Of a stretch of 64,000 nucleotides of DNA, positions 1 to 9,128 are shown piece by piece. The notes under the pieces are model-generated. The model did no database searches and was not told where the DNA came from. It was given only the letters and a program-made list of their open reading frames with translations. The position numbers were made by a program, and so were the translations under genes. Each line of letters begins with the position of its first letter. Within the stretch, counting starts at the first letter, position 1. Location: the NCBI GenBank assembly GCA_037130755.1, contig JBAXSI010000018.1, positions 918 through 64,917 on the forward strand, in the 5' to 3' direction. Source of the stretch: Actinomycetes bacterium (GTDB lineage Bacteria; Actinomycetota; Actinomycetes; S36-B12).

Positions 1-76
1 GGACGACGTAGTCGATCTCGCGGAGCCGGGTCACCGAACGGGTCGTGAGGATCTCCTGAACGTCTGCTTCGTCCAC
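1..76 (-). CDS. partial CDS (5' end only), unidentified protein
   Basis: GTG at 76..74 opens VDEADVQEILTTRSVTRLREIDYVV... and runs off the left edge. About 21 of 25 third codon positions are G/C, unlike the other frames. Co-oriented downstream of glnA, after a hairpin. Confidence 0.35.
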   Translation of the reverse strand, partial: MDEADVQEILTTRSVTRLREIDYVV

Positions 77-132
77 GCATGCAGTCTATGGGCCGACCCT
101 GCCCGGTGCGGCCACTCGAATGCGCGAAAGCG

Positions 133-164
133 GAAGGGCGACCACCTTGCGGTGGCCGCCCTTC
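133..164 (-). terminator. stem-loop downstream of glnA (candidate intrinsic terminator)
   Basis: gaagggcgaccacc-ttgc-ggtggccgcccttc gives a 14-bp stem with one mismatch and a 4-nt loop, about 50 nt past the glnA stop. The trailing sequence on the minus strand (cgctttcgcg) is only weakly U-rich. Confidence 0.5.
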
Positions 165-212
165 GTTCCCTTGCGCGCGAGGCGAATCGACGCGGAGGGA
201 GCCCTGCTCGTG

Positions 213-1637
213 CTAGATCCCGTAGTACAGCTCGAACTCGTGGGGATGCGGACGCAGGCGGATCGGGTCGATCTCGTTGGTCCGCTTGTAGTCGATCCAC
301 GTCTCGATCAGGTCGGCGGGGAACACGTTGCCGGCCTGCAGGTACTCGTTGTCCTTCTCGAGGGCGTCGAGGACCTCGCCGAGCGAGCCCGGCACCTGCG
401 GAATCGCAGCGTGCTCGTCCGGCGGCAGCTCGTAGAGGTCCTTGTCGACCGGAGCGAGCGGCTCGATCTTGTTCTTGATGCCGTCGAGGCCAGCCATGAG
501 CTGAGCCGCGAACGCGAGGTACGGGTTGCTCGACGGATCCGGAACCCGGAACTCGATGCGCTTCGCCTTCGGCGAGCTGCCCGTGACCGGGATGCGGATG
601 CAGGCAGAGCGGTTGCGGGCGGAGTACACGAGGTTCACGGGCGCCTCGTAGCCGGGCACCAGACGGTGGTAGCTGTTGACCGTCGGGTTCGTGAACGCCA
701 GCAGCGACGGCGCGTGGTGCAGCAGGCCGCCGATGTACCAGCGGGCGAGGTCGGACAGGCCGCCGTAGCCGCGCTCGTCGTAGAACAGCGGCTCGCCGTC
801 CTTCCACAACGACTGGTGGCAGTGCATGCCCGAGCCGTTGTCGCCGAAGAGCGGCTTCGGCATGAACGTCGCGCTCTTGCCGTTCTCCCACGCGACGTTC
901 TTGATGACGTACTTGAAGAGCATGACCTCGTCGGCCGCGTGCTGCAGGGTGTTGAACTTGTAGTTGATCTCGCCCTGGCCAGCCGTGCCCACCTCGTGGT
1001 GCGACCGCTCGACCTGGAGGCCGACGTCCTGAAGCACCCGCACCATGTCGTCGCGGATGTCAGCGAAGTGGTCGACCGGCGGCACCGGGAAGTACCCACC
1101 CTTGTAGGGGGTCTTGTAGCCGAGGTTGCCGCCCTCCTCGACACGGCCGGTGTTCCAGGCCGCCTCGATGGAGTCGATGTAGTAGAACGACGAGTTCTGG
1201 CTCGTCTGAAAGCGCACGTCGTCGAACACGTAGAACTCGGCCTCGGGGCCGAAGTAGACCGTGTCGGCGATGCCCGTGGACTTCAGGTAGGCCTCGGCGT
1301 TGGCGGCGACGTTGCGGGGGTCGCGGCTGTAAGGCTCGTTGGTGAAGGGATCGCGGATCGAGAAGTTCATGACCAGTGTCTTGGCGTTCCGGAACGGATC
1401 GAGGAAGGCGGTGGCCGGGTCCGGGATCAGCTTCATGTCCGACTCGTGGATCGCCTGGAAGCCGCGGATCGAGGAGCCGTCGAACATCAGGCCCTCCTCG
1501 AAGACGGCCTCGTCGAACGAGCCCACGGGGACGTTGAAGTGCTGCATCACGCCGGGCAGGTCCATGAACCGGACGTCGACGAATTCGACGTCGTTCTCCT
1601 TGATGAACTTCAGCACTTCCTTGGCGTTGCTGAACAT
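213..1637 (-). CDS. glnA: glutamine synthetase type I
   Basis: ORF 213..1700 trimmed to the ATG at 1637 ([29 protein letters not shown]...), giving 474 aa. GSI-like throughout, including the adenylylation-loop motif KDLYELPP near the C-terminus. Confidence 0.95.
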   Translation of the reverse strand: MFSNAKEVLKFIKENDVEFVDVRFMDLPGVMQHFNVPVGSFDEAVFEEGLMFDGSSIRGFQAIHESDMKLIPDPATAFLDPFRNAKTLVMNFSIRDPFTNEPYSRDPRNVAANAEAYLKSTGIADTVYFGPEAEFYVFDDVRFQTSQNSSFYYIDSIEAAWNTGRVEEGGNLGYKTPYKGGYFPVPPVDHFADIRDDMVRVLQDVGLQVERSHHEVGTAGQGEINYKFNTLQHAADEVMLFKYVIKNVAWENGKSATFMPKPLFGDNGSGMHCHQSLWKDGEPLFYDERGYGGLSDLARWYIGGLLHHAPSLLAFTNPTVNSYHRLVPGYEAPVNLVYSARNRSACIRIPVTGSSPKAKRIEFRVPDPSSNPYLAFAAQLMAGLDGIKNKIEPLAPVDKDLYELPPDEHAAIPQVPGSLGEVLDALEKDNEYLQAGNVFPADLIETWIDYKRTNEIDPIRLRPHPHEFELYYGI

Positions 1638-1761
1638 GACACCTCCTGCTCGTTCGCACGAGCGTTCGTCGTGCACCCCTCGGGTGCGTTCGCCTCGCAC
1701 GGGGGAACCCCGCCGGGTCGGGGGCGGGCGCCTCCGACGCCCCTGACTCTAGGAAGAGGGG

Positions 1762-1800
1762 GTATCTGGCCGGTGTCCCGACTGTTTCGTCCGTGTTAAC
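1762..1800 (-). promoter_or_regulatory. candidate GlnR operator upstream of glnA
   Basis: The minus strand reads GTTAAC-ACGGAC-GAAAC-AGTCGG-GACAC-CGGCCA-GATAC. That is four xxxAC pentamers at 11-nt spacing, matching the actinobacterial GlnR box pattern gTnAc-n6-GaAAc-n6-GtnAC-n6-GAAAc, 125-163 nt upstream of the glnA ATG. Confidence 0.45.
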
Positions 1801-1887
1801 GGTCCGGGCGGCTAGGGATCGGGGAGTCATGAGCCGCTTCGTCGCCACCGGCGCCCTGCCCGCCGTACCACCGGCTACGGTTGCGGA

Positions 1888-2274
1888 GTGTCTGATCTCG
1901 CCGCGCTCCCGGGCGTGGTGGCAGGGTTCGGGCGAAGGGTCGGCGCCATCTTCATCGACTGGGCGCTCGCGCTCGGCATGACGCTGCTGCTGTTCCAGTC
2001 CGTGCCCTACGGGTCGGCCGAGTCGCAGGTGGCAACGCTGTCGTTGTTCGCCCTCGAGGTAATCGTCCTGACGTGGCTGTCCTCGGCGTCGTTCGGTCAG
2101 CGGGTTCTCGGGATGACCGTGCTGCGCACCGGCGGAAGCCGGCTCAGCCTGTGGCGGGTGATCCTCCGCACGTTTCTCATCTGCCTGGTGATTCCGGCGG
2201 TGGTGATCGATTCGGACGGTCGCGGACTGCACGACCGTGCCGTGGACTCGGTGGTGATCAGAGGGTTTCGGTGA
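1888..2274 (+). CDS. RDD family membrane protein
   Basis: GTG start, 128 aa, hydrophobic segments. RDD-like features (GRRVGAIFIDW ... GLHDRAVDSVV). Same position next to glnA as in other actinobacteria. Confidence 0.7.
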   Translation: MSDLAALPGVVAGFGRRVGAIFIDWALALGMTLLLFQSVPYGSAESQVATLSLFALEVIVLTWLSSASFGQRVLGMTVLRTGGSRLSLWRVILRTFLICLVIPAVVIDSDGRGLHDRAVDSVVIRGFR

Positions 2275-3304
2275 CCTTGCGCAGTCCGCGCGGGGCATCA
2301 GGGTCGTAGCCGCGTGCGACGGCCATCGCGGCCGCCAACTGCTGCAGCGGGATGATCTGCAGCATCGGCGCCACGTTCTCGTCGACGTCACCCGGCAGCC
2401 AGATGGTGTCGGCTGGGTTGGTCGCCAGTGACGAATCACCCACGACGAGCACGTCGGCACCGCGCTCCCCGAGCCGTTCGAGCACCGGCACCATGGCCGC
2501 TCCACCGAGCCCATGCGGCACCACGGCGATCACCGGCCGGTCCTCATCGATCATCGCCAGCGGGCCGTGCATGAGGTCTGCGCTGGAGAACGCGTGCGCG
2601 CTGAGGTACGAGGTTTCCATCAACTTGAGCGCGGCCTCGCGCGCCGTGGGATAGGCGAAGCCGCGGCCGGTCAGGACAAGTCTGTCGACGAAGCGGTAGC
2701 GAGGAGCCACGCGGGTCGCCTCGGAGCGATCGACGACCTGTTGCGCCTGCTGCGGGATCGCGCGCACCGCCTGTGCATCGCCGCCTGCCCATGCATCGAC
2801 CAACAGATACAGCGCCATGAGCTCGCTGGTGTAGCTCTTGGTGGCGGCGACGGCCTTCTCCGGGCCCGCGAGCACGTCGATGGACAGTTCCGAGGCCTGG
2901 TTGAGCGGGGAGCCCGCGACGTTGGTGACGGCCACGGTCAAGGCACCGCACTGGCGCGCCCGCGTTGTCGACTCGACGAGGTCGGGTGACCCGCCCGACT
3001 GGCTCACCGAGATCCACAGGACATCGCGGAAGTCGGGCGTGGCGCCGAACACCGTCAGCGTCGAGGGGGAGACCAGCCCGACGGGCAGGCCGAGGCGGGT
3101 CTCCAGCAGGTACTTCGCATAGAGCGCGGCGTGGTCGCTGGTGCCGCGGGCGGCCAGCAGCACGAAACGCGGGGCGGCCGCCGCGACGGTGCGGGCGACG
3201 GCGCGGATGTCCGCCAGCCCATCCGCCAGCAGCCGATCCATGGATGCCGGCTGCTCGCCGATCTCGGCGAGCATGATCGCGCCGCGCGTGCCAGTGCTGG
3301 TCAT
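2258..3304 (-). CDS. SIS-domain sugar isomerase/deaminase (GlmS C-terminal-like; probable glucosamine-6-phosphate deaminase NagB-II)
   Basis: 348 aa with MLAEIGEQP..., LLAARGTSDHAALYAKY and SVSQSGGSPD, typical of tandem SIS domains. Its ATG overlaps the ROK gene stop (ATGA). Confidence 0.8.
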   Translation of the reverse strand: MTSTGTRGAIMLAEIGEQPASMDRLLADGLADIRAVARTVAAAAPRFVLLAARGTSDHAALYAKYLLETRLGLPVGLVSPSTLTVFGATPDFRDVLWISVSQSGGSPDLVESTTRARQCGALTVAVTNVAGSPLNQASELSIDVLAGPEKAVAATKSYTSELMALYLLVDAWAGGDAQAVRAIPQQAQQVVDRSEATRVAPRYRFVDRLVLTGRGFAYPTAREAALKLMETSYLSAHAFSSADLMHGPLAMIDEDRPVIAVVPHGLGGAAMVPVLERLGERGADVLVVGDSSLATNPADTIWLPGDVDENVAPMLQIIPLQQLAAAMAVARGYDPDAPRGLRKVTETL

Positions 3305-4266
3305 CGTGACTCCTCCTGTGCTGCAAGGGCGGCGCCCAGGGCGCCGGCGAGCTCGCCGAGTTTGGCGAGACGGACGGTCAGGGGATTCTCGGGGAAGACC
3401 AGGTGCTCGTCCATCGACGCCCGGACACGATCGACGTAGTGGTCGCCGAGGGCCAGTCCCATTCCGCCCCCGATGACGACTGCGTCGACCTCAAGCAGGT
3501 TCACCGCGCTGGCCAGCACGACGCCCATCGCCTCCACATTGGCAGCCACGAGCTCCGCGGCCAGCAGGTCGTCCTGCTCGAGGGCAGCGGCCCAAACCTC
3601 GCCCGTGAGGGAGGTGCGATCCATCTGCTCCATGAGGTCGAAGAGGAGCGTCGGTGTGCCTTCGGTCGCCCTGTGGCGCGCCTCCTGCTCCATCGGCGCC
3701 CGTCCGGCATACGCCTCAAGACAGCCGAATCGGCCGCACGGGCAGGCCCGTCCGCCGTTGCTGGCCACCATGTGGCCGACCTCGCCGGCGGCTCCGTGGC
3801 TGCGCCAGAGGTCGCCGTCGAGGATGATCCCGCCGCCCACGCCCGTGCCGGCGAAGACACCGAGCATGGAGGCGAAGCCCCGCCCCGCCCCGAGTCGCCA
3901 CTCCGCCACGACTCCGGACTGCACGTCGCCGCGGAGCGCGACCGGGCAGCCGAGGGCCGCAGCCACCTCGGGTACGACCGGCACGGTTCCCGACCATTCG
4001 GGCAGGTTCCCCGCGTGGCCCACCGTGCCCGCAACGGTGTCGATCCGCCCCGGGGACCCGATGCCCACCGATCGCAAGCCACCAGCCGACAGGCCGGCCT
4101 GTGCAAGGGCCTCGCGCACGGCGTCGATGATCGCCTCGATCACGCCGGCGGGACCACGGTCTCGGGGGGTCAGCATGAAGCAACTGCCGAGGACCCGCAG
4201 CCCTTCATCGACGACTACGGACTGGACCTTGGTTCCGCCCAGGTCGACTCCCGCGTAGGCGCTCAC
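3301..4266 (-). CDS. ROK family sugar kinase (probable N-acetylglucosamine kinase)
   Basis: 321 aa with the N-terminal GVDLGGTK ATP motif and a CPCGRFGCLEAY zinc motif. No N-terminal HTH extension, so a kinase rather than a repressor. GTGA overlap with the nagA stop. Confidence 0.85.
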   Translation of the reverse strand: MSAYAGVDLGGTKVQSVVVDEGLRVLGSCFMLTPRDRGPAGVIEAIIDAVREALAQAGLSAGGLRSVGIGSPGRIDTVAGTVGHAGNLPEWSGTVPVVPEVAAALGCPVALRGDVQSGVVAEWRLGAGRGFASMLGVFAGTGVGGGIILDGDLWRSHGAAGEVGHMVASNGGRACPCGRFGCLEAYAGRAPMEQEARHRATEGTPTLLFDLMEQMDRTSLTGEVWAAALEQDDLLAAELVAANVEAMGVVLASAVNLLEVDAVVIGGGMGLALGDHYVDRVRASMDEHLVFPENPLTVRLAKLGELAGALGAALAAQEESR

Positions 4267-5462
4267 CTGCCTCCCTCGTCTGCTTGAAGGATCGCGTTCC
4301 CCTCTCGATCGGCCCCCGGGCGCTGGTTCGGTTCAGCAACCCAGTCACCGTGACGCATGACTCCGCGGACGTGGAGGTCGTCGTCGAGAAGGACGACGTC
4401 AGCCCGACGGCCCGGCACGATGACGCCGCGATCGGACAGGCCGAGGGTGCGTGCCGGATTGGCCGTGGCCGCGCGGATGGCGTCCTCCAGCGGCCACCCT
4501 GCTCGAAGGACGGCGCCGCGGACTGCGCGATCCAGCGTCAGCGTGCTGCCGGCGAGGTTGCCCTTGTCGGCCACGCGGGCGATGCCGTCGATCACAGTGA
4601 TGTCGAGGGATCCGAGTCGGTAGTCACCGTCGCCCGCGCCGGCCGCGGCCATGGCATCAGTGACGAGCGCGACCCGGTCCGGGCCGGCCGCCGTGCGGAT
4701 CACTCGCACGACGTCCGGATGCAGGTGCTCCATGTCGGCGATCACCTCGACGGTCACCCGCGCGTCGGCGAGCAGGGCAGCCACCGGCCCTGGGTCGCGG
4801 TGATGCATTCCCGGCATGGCGTTGAACAGGTGCGTGGCCACGGTCGCTCCGGCATCGATTGCTTCGTGCGTGAGGGCGTCTGACGCCGCTGTGTGACCGA
4901 CGGCCACGATGATTCCGGCCGCCACCAGTTGCCGCACCGCAGACATCGCCCCCGGCAGTTCGGGGGCGAGCGTCACCATGACGATCGAGCCGAGGTCCGC
5001 GAGTCTGGTCACCTGCGACGAGTCCGGCGTGGTGAGCATGTGCTTGTCGTGTGCGCCGTGATGGTGCGGGCTGATCCACGGACCCTCGAGGTGGATGCCA
5101 GCAAGGGTTCCGTCGGCGACCAATGGCTGCAGCGCTCGAGATTGCTCGGCGAGATCGGACTCCGAGGCGGACACCAGGCTGGCGACTGTCGTCGTCGTGC
5201 CGCGCGCCAGGTGCATCGCGGCGGCGATCCGCGCCGGTTCGGCGCCCTCCGCGTAGTGATGTCCGGCGCCGCCGTGCGAGTGCATGTCGACAAAGCCAGG
5301 AACGGCAGTCAGCGATGGAAACGACAGGGCGTCGCCGCTCGGTGCGGCCCCGGTTCCGATGGCGACGATCAAGTCGTCCTCGACGGCGATCCAGCCCGGG
5401 CCTTCAACGGGTTCGGCAGCCCCCAGTACGCGACCCACGTGCAGGACGCGCGTTCGGCTCAT
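4263..5462 (-). CDS. nagA: N-acetylglucosamine-6-phosphate deacetylase
   Basis: 399 aa with the amidohydrolase motif PGFVDMHSHGGAG and NagA-like sequence throughout. First gene of a three-gene overlapping operon. Confidence 0.9.
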   Translation of the reverse strand: MSRTRVLHVGRVLGAAEPVEGPGWIAVEDDLIVAIGTGAAPSGDALSFPSLTAVPGFVDMHSHGGAGHHYAEGAEPARIAAAMHLARGTTTTVASLVSASESDLAEQSRALQPLVADGTLAGIHLEGPWISPHHHGAHDKHMLTTPDSSQVTRLADLGSIVMVTLAPELPGAMSAVRQLVAAGIIVAVGHTAASDALTHEAIDAGATVATHLFNAMPGMHHRDPGPVAALLADARVTVEVIADMEHLHPDVVRVIRTAAGPDRVALVTDAMAAAGAGDGDYRLGSLDITVIDGIARVADKGNLAGSTLTLDRAVRGAVLRAGWPLEDAIRAATANPARTLGLSDRGVIVPGRRADVVLLDDDLHVRGVMRHGDWVAEPNQRPGADREGNAILQADEGGR

Positions 5463-5541
5463 GCGGTCAATCTAGGTGAGCGCGCACCTGCATGGAGTGC
5501 GGATGACCGCCATCTCACGTTTTCTACAGAACGTCCTTGCG

Positions 5542-6213
5542 CTAGCGCTGGCGGCGCACCTGTCGTGCGCTCGTCGGCATAGGTCCCTTGGGGATGGGCA
5601 TCGCGTTCTGGGCGTTTCCGAGGGCATCGAGGCGCCGACGGATGTCGGTGATCTCCCCGCCGCGCAGGTTGCGCGGGAGCTTGTTCAGTGCGGACTGCAC
5701 CTTCATCAACGGGACCTGGCCCTCGTCGTTGCCGACCTGGATCTCGTAGATCGGCACGTCCGGCAGCCAGCGCGCGGTCTTCTTGCGCTCGTTGGCGAGC
5801 ATCGGGCTCACGCGGTTTGACGGGCCCTCCGAAACGAGGACGACGCCGGGCTTGCCGACCACTCGCGTGATGATGTCCTGGCTCTTGTTGACGGCGACCG
5901 CAGGCGTGACGGCCCAGTTGCCACCGCGGATCGACTGGATGACAGCGGCGGCCGCACCGGCTTGACCGTCGATCTGCTTGTATGCGGCGCGCATGGCGCG
6001 ACGACTGAACCAGAACGTCGCCGCCAGCAGCCCCGCGGGGATCGCCAACAGGATCGCGGTCACCCAGTTGAGGAGGAGGCCGATCGGAATCGCCACGAGG
6101 AGGAAGGCGGCGATGAAGAACCCCGCGACCTCGAAGGGCAACGCCGGGTAGGACTTGCGCGTCATCGACCAGTTCTGGGCGAGTGACGACATCGTGGAGC
6201 GGATACGGCCCAT
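5542..6213 (-). CDS. DUF4191-like membrane protein (Rv2219-type)
   Basis: Long ORF 5542..6963 trimmed to the ATG at 6213 (MGRIRSTMSSLAQNW...), 223 aa. Two TM segments, then a conserved soluble domain. Sits between lipA and glnA as in mycobacteria. The upstream part of the long ORF is out-of-frame lipA sequence. Confidence 0.8.
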   Translation of the reverse strand: MGRIRSTMSSLAQNWSMTRKSYPALPFEVAGFFIAAFLLVAIPIGLLLNWVTAILLAIPAGLLAATFWFSRRAMRAAYKQIDGQAGAAAAVIQSIRGGNWAVTPAVAVNKSQDIITRVVGKPGVVLVSEGPSNRVSPMLANERKKTARWLPDVPIYEIQVGNDEGQVPLMKVQSALNKLPRNLRGGEITDIRRRLDALGNAQNAMPIPKGPMPTSARQVRRQR

Positions 6214-6224
6214 GACGAGACAGC

Positions 6225-7199
6225 CTAGATGAGTCGGGCTGGGCTGCCCCCGGCGGTGGTGATGCTCGCGCCGAGCCCGGATCCGCGGGCGGCAAGCGCC
6301 TGCTCGTACAGCCGGCCGGCCCGGTAACTGGAGCGCACCAGCGGACCGCTCATCACGCCGGCGAACCCGATGGACGTGGCCACGTTGGCGAGTTCCACGA
6401 ACTCCTCGGGGCGGACCCAGCGGACCACCGGGTGGTGGCGGCTGGTGGGCCGCAGGTACTGCGTGATGGTCACGAGGTCGCAGCCGGCATCGTGGAGGTC
6501 GCGGAGCGCCTGGTGCACCTCGTCGATCTCCTCGCCCATGCCGAGGATGAGGTTGCTCTTGGTCACCAGGCCGAAGTCGCGCGCCTGGGTGATGACATCC
6601 AGGCTGCGCTCGTACGTGAACGCCGGCCGGATGCGCTTGAACAGCCGCGGCACGGTCTCGACGTTGTGCGCGAGGACGGCGGGGTCGGCCTGGAACACCT
6701 CGCGGAGGAGGGTCGGGTTGCCGGAAAAGTCGGGGATCAGCACCTCGACGCCCGTGTCGGGGTTGAGCGAGCGGATCTCGCGGACAGTCTCGGCATACAG
6801 CCAGGCGCCCTCGTCCTCGAGGTCGTCGCGTGCCACCCCCGTGACCGTCGCGTATCGAAGGCCCATCGTGCGCACTGACTCGGCCACCCTGCGTGGCTCG
6901 TCGCGATCCAGGGGGGCGGGCTTCCCGGTGTCGATCTGGCAGAAGTCGCATCGGCGCGTGCACTGCTCACCGCCGATGAGGAAGGTCGCCTCCCGGTCCT
7001 CCCAGCACTCGTAGATGTTGGGGCAGCCCGCCTCCTGGCACACGGTGTGAAGGGACTCGGACGCCACGAGGTTGTGGATCTCGGTGTACTGCGGGCCGGT
7101 CTTGAGTCGCGTGCGGATCCACTCGGGCTTCCGCTCGATCGGCACCTCGGCGTTGCGCACCTCGATGCGCAGCAACTTGCGCCCGGCCGGGTCTACCAC
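6225..7199 (-). CDS. lipA: lipoyl synthase (radical SAM)
   Basis: In-frame GTG at 7199 ([27 protein letters not shown]...), 324 aa. Motifs [12 protein letters not shown] and CTRRCDFC. Overlaps the lipB stop by 7 nt. Confidence 0.93.
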   Translation of the reverse strand: MVDPAGRKLLRIEVRNAEVPIERKPEWIRTRLKTGPQYTEIHNLVASESLHTVCQEAGCPNIYECWEDREATFLIGGEQCTRRCDFCQIDTGKPAPLDRDEPRRVAESVRTMGLRYATVTGVARDDLEDEGAWLYAETVREIRSLNPDTGVEVLIPDFSGNPTLLREVFQADPAVLAHNVETVPRLFKRIRPAFTYERSLDVITQARDFGLVTKSNLILGMGEEIDEVHQALRDLHDAGCDLVTITQYLRPTSRHHPVVRWVRPEEFVELANVATSIGFAGVMSGPLVRSSYRAGRLYEQALAARGSGLGASITTAGGSPARLI

Positions 7200-7870
7200 G
7201 CCACGATCCTTCCGAGGTGTCGCTCGACGATCGGCAGTGCCTCGGCGACGGTGACGATGCGCCCGAGCTCCTGCGAGAGGCTGGTCACCTCGGCGTCCTT
7301 GATGCCGCACGGCACGATGCGGTCGAACCAGGTCAGGTCGCAGTCGCAGTTGAGTGCGAAGCCGTGCATCGTCACGCCCTCGGTCACGCGGATGCCGATC
7401 GCCGCGACCTTGCGGTCCGGGCGCCTGTCGTCGGCGGGGACCCAGACGCCGCTGCGTCCTTCGACTTGGGTCGTGATGACGCCGAGTTCGGCGCACACCT
7501 CGATGAGCATCGCCTCGATGCGCCGCACGTGCGCCACGACGTCCATCGGGCTGGGGAGCCGGACGATCGGGTAGCCGACCAGTTGTCCGGGGCCGTGCCA
7601 CGTGATCTTGCCGCCGCGGTCGACGTCGATGACGGGCGTGCCGTCGATGGGCCGCTCGAACGGCTCCGTGCGGCGACCGGCCGTGTAGACGGGCGGATGC
7701 TCGAGCAGCAGAACGGTGTCGGAGCGCGTACCCGCAACGACCTCGGCATGCACGGCGCGCTGGAGATCCCATGCCGCCTGGTACTCGACCGCGTCGGCAC
7801 CCATGCCGAGCTCGCAGACGTCGATCACGGAGGCGACCATGCCGTCATCGTAGGTCGCCGCCACGATCAC
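7193..7870 (-). CDS. lipB: lipoyl(octanoyl) transferase
   Basis: 225 aa with [17 protein letters not shown] and IVPCGI motifs. The GTG at 7870 overlaps the cupin stop (GTGA). An ATG 10 codons downstream is an alternative start. Confidence 0.9.
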   Translation of the reverse strand: MIVAATYDDGMVASVIDVCELGMGADAVEYQAAWDLQRAVHAEVVAGTRSDTVLLLEHPPVYTAGRRTEPFERPIDGTPVIDVDRGGKITWHGPGQLVGYPIVRLPSPMDVVAHVRRIEAMLIEVCAELGVITTQVEGRSGVWVPADDRRPDRKVAAIGIRVTEGVTMHGFALNCDCDLTWFDRIVPCGIKDAEVTSLSQELGRIVTVAEALPIVERHLGRIVAW

Positions 7871-8349
7871 GCTGGTGGCGGTCCGAGGATCTCCATGTCG
7901 TAGCGCGGCGCGATCTCCATCAGCGCGCCGATCTGCGCTGCCGTTGGGGGCTGCGTGGGCAGGCTCAGTGCGCCGGCCGGCTCGCCGGCCTCACGGGCGA
8001 AGTCCTCGAAGCCCGCAGGCGTGGTGATCTGAAGGACGCGCAGAGGCGCGGTGTCGTCAACGATGAAGGTGTGCGGCAGTCCGGCCGGCAGGTGGACGAG
8101 GTCGCCCGGGACGGCGGCGATCTCCTGACCGTCGCACAGGAACGTCGCGGCTCCCTCAAGCACGTAGAAGACCTCCTCCTCGTGCGCGTGGCGGTGCAGC
8201 GGAGGAGCGAAGCCAGGGGGATTGACGAAGTCGATGACGGTCAACTGGCCGCGCGACTCGGCGCCGCCGACCTTGACCGTGAGGAAGTTGCCCAGGAACC
8301 ACAGGGGGTCCCCTTCGCCATCGCGCCAGAGCCTCGGAGCAGCAGTCAT
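7867..8349 (-). CDS. cupin domain protein
   Basis: 160 aa with a cupin metal motif region ([18 protein letters not shown] ... [12 protein letters not shown]). Confidence 0.75.
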   Translation of the reverse strand: MTAAPRLWRDGEGDPLWFLGNFLTVKVGGAESRGQLTVIDFVNPPGFAPPLHRHAHEEEVFYVLEGAATFLCDGQEIAAVPGDLVHLPAGLPHTFIVDDTAPLRVLQITTPAGFEDFAREAGEPAGALSLPTQPPTAAQIGALMEIAPRYDMEILGPPPA

Positions 8350-8429
8350 GGTCGTGGGAATCCTTCCCGGTTTGGGCGCGGTCGGCCATATTCGTCATAC
8401 CGCTGTCTAATGAATATGACGCTAGACTG

Positions 8430-9128
8430 GTGGACACCATGGTGACTGTCAAGAGCGAGGTGCAGAAGCGGCGCTACGCCTCGGCGCGTCGCGACGAGTC
8501 AGCGCTGCAGACCCGTCGTGCGATCGCGGCGGCGGCCGCCGTTCGCTTCGTCCGCGACGGCTACGCGGCGACCTCGCTCGCCGACGTCGCCCGCGACGCC
8601 GGGTGTGCTCGCCCCACCGTGTTCGCCGTCTTCGGTTCGAAGTCGGCGTTGATGAAGCAGGTTCTCGACGAGGCACTCGCCGGGGATGACGAACCCGGCC
8701 TGGTATCGGAACGGTCGTGGTTCCAGCCGGTGTGGACTGCCCGCACGCCAGAGGAGGTCTGCGCCGCGTACGCGGACGTCTGCCTTGTGATCGGGAGCCG
8801 CGCGGCACCGGCGTTCGAGGCGGTGCGCCGGGCGGTCGATGCCGATCCCGAGGTTCGCGCGCTCTGGGACAGCTTGCTGGCGAACCGACGAGCCGGTGCA
8901 CAGATGATCGTCGACCGCGTTGCCACAATCTCGGGACGACGTCGGGGGCGCCAGTTCGACAGGGCCGTGGACCGGGTGTGGTTCCTCAACGATCCAGCCC
9001 ACTACACCGCATTCGTCGACGTGTGCGGCTGGACCGACGGGGCCTTCCGGGATTGGCTGGAGCAGGGACTGCTGGCGGCCACGGCCGCCATCGCGAGCAG
9101 GCCGTCAGGCCGCGATCGGTATTCCTAG
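8430..9128 (+). CDS. TetR/AcrR family transcriptional regulator
   Basis: 232 aa with an N-terminal HTH (RFVRDGYAATSLADVARDAGCARPTVFAVFGSK). Divergent from the cupin gene. GTG start at 8430, or ATG at 8439. Confidence 0.85.
   Translation: MDTMVTVKSEVQKRRYASARRDESALQTRRAIAAAAAVRFVRDGYAATSLADVARDAGCARPTVFAVFGSKSALMKQVLDEALAGDDEPGLVSERSWFQPVWTARTPEEVCAAYADVCLVIGSRAAPAFEAVRRAVDADPEVRALWDSLLANRRAGAQMIVDRVATISGRRRGRQFDRAVDRVWFLNDPAHYTAFVDVCGWTDGAFRDWLEQGLLAATAAIASRPSGRDRYS

Noticed and set aside
120-1799. 559-aa plus-strand ORF, and the other long ORFs (31..891, 635..1144, 1060..2514), overlapping glnA
   Set aside because: They lie antisense or out of frame to a gene with unmistakable glutamine synthetase sequence. 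Their Arg/Val/Asp/Gly-dominated composition is typical of spurious open frames in GC-rich DNA.
6214-6963. Upstream part of the 473-aa ORF containing the DUF4191-like gene
   Set aside because: It overlaps lipA in another frame and is Arg/Pro/Gly-rich. The membrane protein begins at MGRIRSTMSS.
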